Assembly: GCA_018673485.1 (NCBI GenBank)
Contig: JABHCP010000001.1
Location: forward strand, 3,512-67,511
DNA: 64,000 bases
DNA from: Candidatus Uhrbacteria bacterium
GTDB taxonomy: Bacteria; Patescibacteriota; Patescibacteriia; UBA9934
Direction: 5' to 3'
Shown: positions 1 through 9,011 of the stretch, one piece after another
Layout of the letters: each line of letters begins with the position of its first letter
How positions within the stretch are numbered: position 1 is the stretch's first letter
Translations under genes and position numbers: made by a program
Notes under the pieces: model-generated
Seen by the model: the letters and a program-made list of their open reading frames with translations, nothing else
Database searches by the model: none
Told to the model about the DNA's origin: nothing

Positions 1-31
1 CTTCGCTCCTAGCATGTTATAATTTTTACAT

Positions 32-355
32 ATGCCACCAAAGCCAAAACAAGATCAACAACTTACAGAACTAAAAAAACTTCGCGAGATGGTTGAGGAA
101 ATAAAAACTGACATCGATGAGGAGACCAATAAACCATTTTGGAAGAAAATGCTCGCAGCGTTTGCAGTCGGCGTTATGCGTGGACTGGGAATCGTAATTG
201 GTACAACTGTGGTAGTAGGAATACTGGTTTATCTCATGCAGGTGTTCATAGACTGGACAGACATTCAAATAGGACTCACCTCTTGGCTATCAGACATATT
301 AGACCAAGGCATAGCTGAGGCAATACCCGCAGGAATATCATCATTAATAAAATAA
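32..355 (+). CDS. hypothetical small membrane protein
   Basis: 107 aa ORF with a charged N-terminus followed by hydrophobic helices (AAFAVGVMRGLGIVIGTTVVVGILVYLM); no recognisable family. Confidence 0.4.
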   Translation: MPPKPKQDQQLTELKKLREMVEEIKTDIDEETNKPFWKKMLAAFAVGVMRGLGIVIGTTVVVGILVYLMQVFIDWTDIQIGLTSWLSDILDQGIAEAIPAGISSLIK

Positions 356-476
356 AAAACACCCCGGAGAAATCTGGGGGATTTTTTTGTTTAAAGTGTT
401 TTCCGTCTGTCATCCTGAGACTCCACGAAGGATCTATTTGAAAGTATCTATTATCAAAGTTCTAATCAAACCTAAC

Positions 477-566
477 GGCAACCCCCTCCAGCTCCCCCTT
501 GCCCATTCGACAAGCTCAGGGCACCCTGAGTTATATCGAAGGGTGGGAAGTGGGAGAGTCGAACTT
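477..566. repeat. composite palindromic intergenic repeat (CCCCCT/AGGGGG hairpin family plus a TTCGACAAGCTCAGGGC unit)
   Basis: Shares aaccccct...ccccctt motifs with copies at 39475, 43480, 50501 and 55361. The TTCGACAAGCTCAGGGC unit is the reverse complement of GCCCTGAGCCTGTCGAA, found at 52286 and 56328. The track ORFs 387..677 and 499..696 are translations of this repeat. Confidence 0.6.
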
Positions 567-1968
567 AGCGCACTATCAATTGAACTTCGCCGGATGCCAC
601 TGCGGTCACGTATGCGACGTGGCTCTTTTTTGTTGCGATTTTATTACGCCTCAAATATCTTTCCATTCGAAGCATGAACGTACCAGCTTCATCTGACAAC
701 ACCACTGGATGAACACCGGCACGCAAAACCATCTGCCGTGCAATCTGCCTATTCGGACAACCCATAATAATTGGCACGTTTGGACGGAATATATTTATTG
801 TAGCCGAAACCGATTTAAACGAAGATGACGTTGCGATAAAATCAATCTGTTTATTATCTGCCATCATGTGAACTGACTGCGCGATCGATTTTGGCAGCTT
901 TCCTAAATCGTGAATCTGATAAAAAGATATGTCATCGAATCTGGACTTTTCTGCCTCATCGATTATAGCTGCCATTGTCTTGACTACTGTGTAAGGATAT
1001 TCACCAGTAGCGGTCTCACCGGACAACATAACAGCATCAGTGTGGTCTATGATTGCATTAGCTACATCTGACGTCTCCGCACGCGTTGCCCTTGGATTAC
1101 TGATCATTGATTCCATCATGTGAGTTGCAACGATAACTGGCTTACCAACTTCTCGACACTGTTCGATCATCTCCTTTTGCACAATCGGAACCTGCTCAGG
1201 CTTAATCTCTACTCCCAAGTCACCACGAGCAATCATAGCTCCATCGATAACTTCTAGAATTTCAGCAAAATCCTCTACAGCCTCTGGACGTTCAATCTTG
1301 GCAATTATTTTTGGACTAATGCATCCTAATGCTCTGCACTTTGCATCAACTATCCTTCTAAGCGCTTTGATATCTTGTGCGCTTGTCACAAAAGACAAGG
1401 CGACAAAATCAACACCTTGCTCTAAACCAAACATCAAGTCCTCATGATCCTTTTGCGTCATTGCAGGCGCTGACACAACTGAGTCTGGGAGGTTGATCCC
1501 CTTATTTGAAATTACCGGGCCACCATTTACAACCTTAACCTTTACAACTTTTCCGCGCACCGACTCGACTACAGTCTCAATAAATCCATCGTTGATAAAT
1601 AACCTGTGTCCCTTTTTGACATCCTTGTGAAGATTCTTGTAAGTCACCGGTATTGGGCCATCAGGCTCATAAGAATCAACCGCAGTACTTAAATGAACCT
1701 CCTGCCCTTTGTGCAACTCTATCCCCTTCTTTGGCAAAGTACCAATACGAATCTTTGGTCCTTGCAAGTCCTGCAATACAGCCACAATCCTACCCGTCTT
1801 ATTTGCTGCTGAGCGGATGTGCTTTACCAATGCTTTATGGTCTGCATAAGAACCATGAGAAAAGTTTAAACGCGCAACATCCATTCCTGCGCGTATCATA
1901 CGAACGAGCGTGGTCACAGATGATGACGCTGGCCCGATCGTTGCTACAATTTTTGTTCGTCGCTTCAT
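565..1968 (-). CDS. pyk: pyruvate kinase
   Basis: N-terminus MKRRTKIVATIGPASSS and the full-length PK barrel; 467 aa. Confidence 0.9.
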   Translation of the reverse strand: MKRRTKIVATIGPASSSVTTLVRMIRAGMDVARLNFSHGSYADHKALVKHIRSAANKTGRIVAVLQDLQGPKIRIGTLPKKGIELHKGQEVHLSTAVDSYEPDGPIPVTYKNLHKDVKKGHRLFINDGFIETVVESVRGKVVKVKVVNGGPVISNKGINLPDSVVSAPAMTQKDHEDLMFGLEQGVDFVALSFVTSAQDIKALRRIVDAKCRALGCISPKIIAKIERPEAVEDFAEILEVIDGAMIARGDLGVEIKPEQVPIVQKEMIEQCREVGKPVIVATHMMESMISNPRATRAETSDVANAIIDHTDAVMLSGETATGEYPYTVVKTMAAIIDEAEKSRFDDISFYQIHDLGKLPKSIAQSVHMMADNKQIDFIATSSSFKSVSATINIFRPNVPIIMGCPNRQIARQMVLRAGVHPVVLSDEAGTFMLRMERYLRRNKIATKKSHVAYVTAVASGEVQLIVR

Positions 1969-1992
1969 AAGTAACGAAATTATACCATGAAA

Positions 1993-2466
1993 CTAAACTC
2001 TCTTTCGACGCTTGCGTACAAGTTTTTGCAATTCCTCCTCGAATTTTTTTAAATCTTCAAATGAATGATAGACCGACGCGAAACGGATGTACGCAACCTT
2101 ATCAAACGATCGTAAATGTTTCATGACAATGTCACCGAGCTTCAAACTAGTGATCTCACCGGTCCTCTCCTTTTGAATATCGCGCTCAATCTTTTGCACC
2201 AACGCGTGGAACTGCGCATCTGTAAACGGACGCTTCTCTAAAGCCTTGTTAAGTCCATCAACCATCTTAGAACGCAAATAAGGCTCACGCTTTGCGTCAC
2301 GCTTCACAACAGTCACGTTAACAAGGTCAACCTCTTCAACAGTAGAAAACCGATAACCACATACCGCCTTCTCACACTCACGACGACGCCGAACACCAGC
2401 TCCATCTCCCGCGAGACGTGAGTCAACAACTCTTGTAGATTTAAACCGACAAACTGGACAATGCAT
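1993..2466 (-). CDS. nrdR: transcriptional repressor NrdR
   Basis: MHCPVCRFKSTRVVDSR zinc ribbon plus ATP-cone; 157 aa. Confidence 0.9.
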   Translation of the reverse strand: MHCPVCRFKSTRVVDSRLAGDGAGVRRRRECEKAVCGYRFSTVEEVDLVNVTVVKRDAKREPYLRSKMVDGLNKALEKRPFTDAQFHALVQKIERDIQKERTGEITSLKLGDIVMKHLRSFDKVAYIRFASVYHSFEDLKKFEEELQKLVRKRRKRV

Positions 2467-2490
2467 AATATGGAAATTTAAAGTTGAAAG

Positions 2491-2997
2491 CTAAAAGTTT
2501 AAAGCTTTTTTAATAATCGCTGGACTATCGACTGAGTTTATAAACTTTAGCGAATCGATTTCAGTAAGATCGATCCATTCTGCCAGGTCGGCATATTCTT
2601 TCTCCTCTTCATCAAAATTCTCTTTTGATAACTCGCCCCCGATGCGCCTGACGATAAAGTACAGAAGTGGGCAGTTCCAAAACTCGTCTTTGTGCTTTTT
2701 TGAATGTGCGGGGTGGAAAAATGAAGACTCGCAATGAATCGGCTCACCAACTTCAACCTCAAATCCAGTCTCTTCAAAAAATTCACGAATAAGCGCTTCT
2801 TGCATAGTCTCGCCCAACTCTACTCCGCCACCCGCAAAATCATACCCATCATACTGCTTTGATAGCAAAAGCTTCCCCTCTTCGATAAGCAACCCATAAA
2901 CCGACGGTCGAAACTGTAGCTTATCGGGCTCAATATCTCGAGTATTGCCGTAAATATCATGACACGTGATTTTATTCATACGTATCAATTTTATCAC
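2491..2997 (-). CDS. NUDIX hydrolase
   Basis: Nudix box GGGVELGETMQEALIREFFEETGFEV. Confidence 0.8.
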   Translation of the reverse strand: MIKLIRMNKITCHDIYGNTRDIEPDKLQFRPSVYGLLIEEGKLLLSKQYDGYDFAGGGVELGETMQEALIREFFEETGFEVEVGEPIHCESSFFHPAHSKKHKDEFWNCPLLYFIVRRIGGELSKENFDEEEKEYADLAEWIDLTEIDSLKFINSVDSPAIIKKALNF

Positions 2998-3169
2998 AAT
3001 TTTTCATTAAGGTGCCGATCGCGACCTTAATGAAAAATTTATATGCTTTGAGACAATCGAATTAAATAGATATGAAATTCTGAGAACTTCGATCTTTCCT
3101 CGTTCTAGGATAAAACACCAATAAAACTATCAAAACGCTACAATCAACGACCTGACCCCAATATTACTT

Positions 3170-3193
3170 CAAAAGCGCCCTTGCGAGCGCTTT
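3170..3193 (-). terminator. rho-independent terminator downstream of ftsZ
   Basis: AAAAGCGCCCTTGCGAGCGCTTTT hairpin with a U-tract on the minus-strand transcript. Confidence 0.5.
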
Positions 3194-3272
3194 TGCTTTA
3201 TATTCAATATTATCAAGCTTATGATGAACCCTCCTTCGCCAAGGCTTCGGCGGGTGATTCGACGGAGTCGAA

Positions 3273-4511
3273 TCACATCATCTTCCTGCGGATAAATGCT
3301 GGAATACCGAGGTCTTCATCGTCTTGGGCTTGATCTGGTTTTGACTGCGTTCCACCAGATGTTGGCTGTGGACTAATTTTTTGTTCAAAGTTGTTCACGG
3401 GCTTTGACTGCATCGGAGTGCTTGAGACCCTATTTTGTTCAAACGGAGAATCCTTTTTTATATTCACTGCCGGTCGCTCATCGCGCTCTGGAGCCTTCCA
3501 ACTTCCTTGTGGCGCAACGTCAGTGTCTCCGGCCAAGCTTGGTGTGCTGCGTGGTTTTCTATTATCAAATCCAGTTGCTACAACCGTAATCTTAACTTCG
3601 TCTTCAAGTGTATCATCGATATTCGCACCAAAAATAACTCGCGCATCATCATCCGCTGACCCCGTGATAACCTTAGCAGCTTCAGCAACTTCGTACATTG
3701 AAAGGTCCGGGCTACCAGTAACAGTGAAGAGGATTCCCTTAGCTCCATCAATCGAAAGTTCTAGCAGTGGACTAGCGATTGCCATCTTTGCAGCTTCGAC
3801 TGCACGATTTTCTCCTGACGCTGATCCAATTCCCATCAATGCTGATCCAGCATTTTGCATAATCGCTTTAACATCGGCAAAGTCAACGTTAATGAGTCCA
3901 GGTAAAGTAATGATCTCGGAGATCCCTTGAACACCCTGTCGCAGTACATCATCGATTATCGCGAATGACTCTAAAAGTGAAGTCTTTTTGTCGATAATCT
4001 GCAAAATTCGATCATTGGGAATTGTAATGACTGTATCAACTTGTTCTACTAAATCATTATATGCGTCATCTGCAATTCGCTTTCGCTGTGCACCTTCAAA
4101 TGTGAAAGGCTTTGTAACTACAGCAACAGTCAGTGCGCCTGCCTCACGCGCAATCTTTGCTACCTCGGGCACCGCGCCACTTCCGGTTCCACCACCGAGC
4201 CCTGCGGTTAGAAAAACCATATCAGTTCCGGCGACCATATTGCGAATATCGTTTGCTCCTTCTTCTGCTGCCCGGCGACCGACCTCTGGATTCATTCCAG
4301 CTCCAAGACCACGAGTGACAGTTTTTCCAATCGCAACTTTTTCTTGAGCGGGGTTCTGATGAAGAGCTTGTACGTCGGTATTTACCGCAACAAAGCCGAC
4401 ACCTTTAATTTTCTCTTCGATCATTCGTTTTAGTGCAGCGCCTCCGCCGCCGCCAATTCCAAAAACTTTGATCTTCGCGAAAGTTTCTACTTCTGGTTTT
4501 ACTTGAACCAT
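3273..4511 (-). CDS. ftsZ: cell division protein FtsZ
   Basis: Tubulin signature GGGTGSGAAP, long C-terminal linker, C-terminal GIPAFIRRK peptide. Confidence 0.95.
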   Translation of the reverse strand: MVQVKPEVETFAKIKVFGIGGGGGAALKRMIEEKIKGVGFVAVNTDVQALHQNPAQEKVAIGKTVTRGLGAGMNPEVGRRAAEEGANDIRNMVAGTDMVFLTAGLGGGTGSGAVPEVAKIAREAGALTVAVVTKPFTFEGAQRKRIADDAYNDLVEQVDTVITIPNDRILQIIDKKTSLLESFAIIDDVLRQGVQGISEIITLPGLINVDFADVKAIMQNAGSALMGIGSASGENRAVEAAKMAIASPLLELSIDGAKGILFTVTGSPDLSMYEVAEAAKVITGSADDDARVIFGANIDDTLEDEVKITVVATGFDNRKPRSTPSLAGDTDVAPQGSWKAPERDERPAVNIKKDSPFEQNRVSSTPMQSKPVNNFEQKISPQPTSGGTQSKPDQAQDDEDLGIPAFIRRKMM

Positions 4512-4749
4512 AGCTGAACAATTATTGTGTTATATCTACCTCCTCCATGAACACTTATTGTATTCAATTAAGCTAACATTAAATACTTTTTGTATTCATA
4601 AATTACCACACCAAGTGATGTGCATAAAGCGGTGGGTGTGGATAAGACGGGGGGGAAATAGACCATACGTAATTCCAGTGGAGGGCAAGCTGAAGACTTT
4701 ACCTTGCATTATGGCCTTTGTGGATTCTGAACTACCGTTGCTGTTCTCG

Positions 4750-5030
4750 GTCTGGGGGCACTTCGTCCCCCAAACCCCCAAGACTTACTTTCTTTGTTCG
4801 CCTCAAAGAAAGTAAGCAAAGAAAGAGCGGTCGCGGGTCCCACGCCCTATATCCATTTCAATATTGGAAACCTGATTAATTTAAATAGGTATAGGGCTGC
4901 AGTCAATGTTTTTGGGTGACTATGAATGAACTGATTGCCAGCTCGGTCGGCAGGCTCCCTCTCAGACGTGGTTGTCTGACAATGAGTGAACGGAGAGCTA
5001 ACTACTGTAACATTGCCGGGGGACTTAGGT
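4750..5030. repeat. structured ~280 nt repeat element, copy 1 (candidate ncRNA or MITE)
   Basis: About 140 nt of near-identity plus conserved hairpins match the reverse complement of 57061..57340. It sits in a 710 bp spacer separating ftsA from ftsZ. Confidence 0.6.
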
Positions 5031-5222
5031 TAAAGCACATAAACCGCCTTTCGGCGGTTCATTAAACTGTTTTCTGCCTACCGCACTACTACTTATTCTG
5101 TCGTTCCTCCACAGGAATTGCGCATGATCCAAGTGCGCAGTGCTCAGGAGACAAAAAAGCCGAGCATAGACTCGACTCCCAACTGCGCACAGCGTACTGA
5201 GCACCGTGAACTAGCCCTCCAA

Positions 5223-6473
5223 TCACGGAATCAATGACTTCATCCACTTTCGTAACTGATCCGCGACCTGATTAACACCCTTGATATTTAATAAATTGAA
5301 CTTTCCACCATGAGCGCCACGTATAGCAAATCCCCAAAGTGTAAGACCGACAGCCGTCGCATAGGCACTATCTTGCACCTCATCGATAACGCTAGTAACT
5401 CCAATTGGTTTACCGATAGTTGATGGCAATCTCAGCACTCGCTTTGAAACATCAGCCACGCCCGGTAGATGCATTGTCGCACCCGTTAAAACAACCCCAA
5501 CTGGCAGCATTCCAGACCGATCAACCTTACGAAGTTCGTCATCAATATTCTCAAATAACTCCTCAATTCGAGCTTCAATAATTTCTGATACAAATCTAAC
5601 CTTTATCATCTCATCTTCAGTTGATCCAAAGTCAGCTAGTGAGAACTGAGCCTTTCTATCTACATCGTCTGGAACTGCATTACCAAACTCTCTCTTTACC
5701 TTCTCAGCGACTTCCAGTGATGTTCTAAGCCCGATAGCAATGTCATTGGTCAAATGATCCCCTCCAACAGGTAAAACCGCTGTATGGAGGATGTCACCTT
5801 CTTCAAAGACAACCATACTCGTTGAAGATGCACCGATGTCAATCACACATACTCCAAGCTCTTTTTGTCTTTGTGTGAGCACAGCCTCCGCAGTTGCTAG
5901 TGGAGTAAACACAAGATCGTCAATATCCAATCCGGTTCTATAAATTGTCTTGGTAAGATTCTTGATTTGAGATGAAAGTGTTTGAATAATCACCGCATCA
6001 ACCTCTAGTCTTATTCCACTCATGCCAACCGGGTCCTTGATTCCGTGCTGCCCGTCCACTGTGAAACTCTTTGGAATCACATGCAAAATCTCAAAATTCG
6101 ATGGTGTAGCCACGGTTCTAGCGGCCTCAATAACTCGCTCTACATCTTCTTCACGAATATCCGTATCTGCTCTGGCAATTCCAACCACTCCATGGCTCTC
6201 TTGCACAAATATATTATGCCCGGCAATTGAGACCCACGCACCATTTACTGCAACTCCTGTCATGCGCTCGGCGCGCTCTAATGCCTTTGAAACAGAAGAT
6301 ACCGCATCTTCCATAGAAGACACAGTTCCTTTATGTACGCCCTCTGATGGAACAGAAACGGCTCCGGTGATGTGTAATTGTGGTTTTCCGGTTTCATCAG
6401 GTACAACCTGACCTACAACCACACGTATTGTGGATGACCCAATATCTAACCCTGTGATGATCTCCTCTGCCAT
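5223..6473 (-). CDS. ftsA: cell division protein FtsA
   Basis: MAEEIITGLDIGSSTIRVVVGQ actin-like ATPase; 416 aa. Confidence 0.9.
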   Translation of the reverse strand: MAEEIITGLDIGSSTIRVVVGQVVPDETGKPQLHITGAVSVPSEGVHKGTVSSMEDAVSSVSKALERAERMTGVAVNGAWVSIAGHNIFVQESHGVVGIARADTDIREEDVERVIEAARTVATPSNFEILHVIPKSFTVDGQHGIKDPVGMSGIRLEVDAVIIQTLSSQIKNLTKTIYRTGLDIDDLVFTPLATAEAVLTQRQKELGVCVIDIGASSTSMVVFEEGDILHTAVLPVGGDHLTNDIAIGLRTSLEVAEKVKREFGNAVPDDVDRKAQFSLADFGSTEDEMIKVRFVSEIIEARIEELFENIDDELRKVDRSGMLPVGVVLTGATMHLPGVADVSKRVLRLPSTIGKPIGVTSVIDEVQDSAYATAVGLTLWGFAIRGAHGGKFNLLNIKGVNQVADQLRKWMKSLIP

Positions 6474-6500
6474 AGTAAAGCTATTATATCTCAGTTATGC

Positions 6501-6887
6501 TTATCCGAAAAGCTTGCCAAGCTGCGCAATGTCTTGCAGATATGGCCATAGGATCATCGCTGCAATAAGCGCTGCAGTGCAAGACGTAATAAGTACGGCA
6601 CCTGCCATCATGTCTTTTACATCCTTAACCATATCACTGAGCCTTGGCTTGAGCCCGTCTGAGAGTCTTTCAAAAATGCTATTTATTACTTCGAGTACCA
6701 ATACCGCAGCGACGAGCAACAAAAGTACAACCTGCTCCCACACATCCAGCGGTAAAAGAAAAATAACGACCAAAACAACAAGTGCGGCAACAAGCTGAAC
6801 ACGGAAGCTATGCTCCTGCTTCATCACCTGCTTAATGCCTCGCAAAGCGTACTTTAGACTTTTGAAAAACTTTCTAAGTGAGATCAT
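6501..6887 (-). CDS. dgkA: diacylglycerol/undecaprenol kinase
   Basis: 128 aa, three transmembrane helices; DgkA-like; follows ybeY with a 4 bp overlap, as in the conserved ybeY-dgkA operon. Confidence 0.75.
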   Translation of the reverse strand: MISLRKFFKSLKYALRGIKQVMKQEHSFRVQLVAALVVLVVIFLLPLDVWEQVVLLLLVAAVLVLEVINSIFERLSDGLKPRLSDMVKDVKDMMAGAVLITSCTAALIAAMILWPYLQDIAQLGKLFG

Positions 6888-7294
6888 ATTATATGTTCAA
6901 CTATTTTATCTTGTAATGAAAACATTTCCTTATCCTCCCCTGGTTTTTCATGGTCATACCCTAGCACATGCAATATACCGTGAACAACTAAGTCGACCAC
7001 CTCATGCTCGACCGATCCGCTGGCCTGGCGCACGGCCTCATCATATGAAATGGCGATGTCGCCAATATTTTCTTTATTGTCCGGATAACCAAATGACAAT
7101 ACATCGGTAACCTCATCTTTTTTGCGGTACATTCTGTTTAATCGCCTAATTTCACTGTCAGTGACAAATCTGATACTAATGTCACCGTCTGCTGATAAAT
7201 CAGAATTTACCGCTAACTCAATACGCCTGAGCAAATCATCTGACAAGCGCTGTTCTGTTTCTATAACGGATTGTTCAAAATTAAGCCCTATCAT
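6884..7294 (-). CDS. ybeY: rRNA maturation endoribonuclease YbeY
   Basis: HGILHVLGYDH metal-binding motif. Confidence 0.9.
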   Translation of the reverse strand: MIGLNFEQSVIETEQRLSDDLLRRIELAVNSDLSADGDISIRFVTDSEIRRLNRMYRKKDEVTDVLSFGYPDNKENIGDIAISYDEAVRQASGSVEHEVVDLVVHGILHVLGYDHEKPGEDKEMFSLQDKIVEHII

Positions 7295-8256
7295 TTTGCC
7301 ACAAAGCTATTGATCATCATCTGGAATGTTTGCAAATATACAATCTCCAACTCATCGGCAAGGTCGTATTCAAACACAAACACCATATCACCTGCTTCAA
7401 TGTAGGCCAGCAGCCCATCTGAACCGATATAAGCCATGTAACCTTCTTTCGTGAGGGTTACATCCAATTCACTGAAATCCTCACTTGTACGGGCACTGTC
7501 GCTATACCAATCACTAAAATCACCCTCAGCTGACTTAAAGCCAGCCAGACGTATAGTTGCAGTTGAATTTGTTCTAAATATAACATCTTGAGTTTCCTCA
7601 AACTCAGAGTCTACCTCAGTAGCCACACTCCATTGCGCCGGATAAGTCAGTGTCATCACCTCATCTTCACTCCGATATTCATCAACCGCACCGGTATCGA
7701 GCAATGTTTGTGGAGCCTCGCCCAAAGGACTGTAACGATGGAACACCTCATTACCATCGAGGAATGTGTCTCCATCGGTATCTGGATCTCTAACGTCGGT
7801 TCCATACAAAAGCTCTTCGATGTCTGAAAGCCCATCACTGTCCAAATCTGAACCCGACCTTATCTCGATTACCACATCTGGCACTATAACCTCGTCCACA
7901 GTTGTATCCGTAGGAATATCCTGCTCCACAGGCTCCACACTCTGTATTGCAAACCAACCCAAAATCGAAAGTGTGATTACTAATATTAAACCTGCCAAAC
8001 CAAGAATAAGTGGTAAGCGGGATTTTTTCTTCTTGACTGGAGTCTTTTTCGCAACTGGTTTCACCACTGGCTTGACGACTGGCTTTACAATAGGTTTTGC
8101 AACCGGCTTTGGAGCCGGCTTCTTATCTTCCTTAACAACAGTCTTTTTTTGTTTGAAAGCCTCTGGCATTACATTAATCACAAAATCACTCAGCTCATCT
8201 GATTGTTTGTTCTTTTGAGCTCCTGCTCTAGGCTTGTCTTGCGTTTTATCAAACAT
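7291..8256 (-). CDS. single-pass membrane protein with proline/lysine repeats and a thrombospondin-type-3-like calcium-binding repeat
   Basis: KPVVKPVVKPVAK repeats in a Lys-rich cytoplasmic N-terminus, transmembrane helix LPLILGLAGLILVITLSILGW, extracellular DPDTDGDTFLDGNEVFHRYSPLG. Confidence 0.6.
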   Translation of the reverse strand: MFDKTQDKPRAGAQKNKQSDELSDFVINVMPEAFKQKKTVVKEDKKPAPKPVAKPIVKPVVKPVVKPVAKKTPVKKKKSRLPLILGLAGLILVITLSILGWFAIQSVEPVEQDIPTDTTVDEVIVPDVVIEIRSGSDLDSDGLSDIEELLYGTDVRDPDTDGDTFLDGNEVFHRYSPLGEAPQTLLDTGAVDEYRSEDEVMTLTYPAQWSVATEVDSEFEETQDVIFRTNSTATIRLAGFKSAEGDFSDWYSDSARTSEDFSELDVTLTKEGYMAYIGSDGLLAYIEAGDMVFVFEYDLADELEIVYLQTFQMMINSFVAK

Positions 8257-8270
8257 AACACCACTACCTG

Positions 8271-8984
8271 CTATTTAGGTAAATCAAACAACTTCCCTTC
8301 TCCATTTGGATTGTATCCTGAGGCAACCTCTTGTCCGTCCAAATAACTATCATCATCTGTATCGGCATCAAATGGATCTGTACCATAAACCTTAACTTCC
8401 TCACGATCACCTAGCCCATCTTTATCGGTATCGACATCTAATGGATCTGTTCCTTCTGCAATCTCCTCAGCGTCGGTTAAACCATCACCGTCTGTGTCCT
8501 GCTCCTCCAATTCTTCGTCTGTAGGCTCTGTGTCATCAATAATCTCATCATCCGAAATCACATTATCAACCTCATCGGCGACATCCTCCACTGTATCGTC
8601 TTCTACTACTTCATCAATGGCGACATCCTGAGTCATTAATCTATATGCCAAATATCCCGCTGCCGCGATTATCCCGATGGCAACTATAACGATTAATATT
8701 ACTTTAAAAACATTGGAAATGTCAGACTTTGGAGGTGATGGTGGCACTGTCCCTCCTGCAGGTGCTGGTTGCTTAGTTGGTGCTTTTGGAGTTGGAGATG
8801 CAGCTGGCGCGGGTGCTTCAGGCTTTGATTCCGCTGGGGCTGGCTTTTGCTCAGGTGCTGCAACAGCACTTTCCACAGCGGCAGGGGCTACTGGTAGATT
8901 TGTAGGAACACCAGGAGCGTCAGCACTCGCAAACATATCCTCAACCTCAGGAGCATCATCTTTCTTTACTTGATCGTCAAACAT
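8271..8984 (-). CDS. single-pass membrane protein with a C-terminal TSP3-like calcium-binding repeat module
   Basis: Transmembrane helix VFKVILIVIVAIGIIAAAGY; DTDGDGLTDAEEIAEGTDPLDVDTDKDGLGDREEVKVYGTDPFDADTDDDSYLDGQEVASGYNPNG. Confidence 0.6.
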   Translation of the reverse strand: MFDDQVKKDDAPEVEDMFASADAPGVPTNLPVAPAAVESAVAAPEQKPAPAESKPEAPAPAASPTPKAPTKQPAPAGGTVPPSPPKSDISNVFKVILIVIVAIGIIAAAGYLAYRLMTQDVAIDEVVEDDTVEDVADEVDNVISDDEIIDDTEPTDEELEEQDTDGDGLTDAEEIAEGTDPLDVDTDKDGLGDREEVKVYGTDPFDADTDDDSYLDGQEVASGYNPNGEGKLFDLPK

Positions 8985-9011
8985 AAATTATTTATTTAGT
9001 ATTTGTATATT

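Noticed and set aside
387-696. Track ORFs 387..677 and 499..696, with peptides such as PLAHSTSSGHPELYRRVGSG and RQAQGTL
   Set aside because: They lie entirely within a palindromic intergenic repeat. The peptides are the characteristic translations of that repeat, not genes.
2547-2786. 79 aa ORF inside the Nudix gene, and similar nested ORFs inside pyk, ftsZ and ftsA (for example 1653..1970, 3391..3930, 6022..6411)
   Set aside because: They are alternative-frame or antisense ORFs inside confidently assigned conserved genes.
4640-5220. The ftsA-ftsZ spacer element considered as tmRNA, RNase P RNA, SRP or 6S RNA
   Set aside because: It has no GGGGCUGAUUCUGGAUUCGACGGG-like tmRNA 5' end or tag reading frame, and no GGAAAGUCCGGGCU or AGGGUGAAANGGUGCGGUAAGAGCGCACC RNase P motifs. 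A second inverted copy exists, so I report it as a novel repeat or ncRNA candidate instead.
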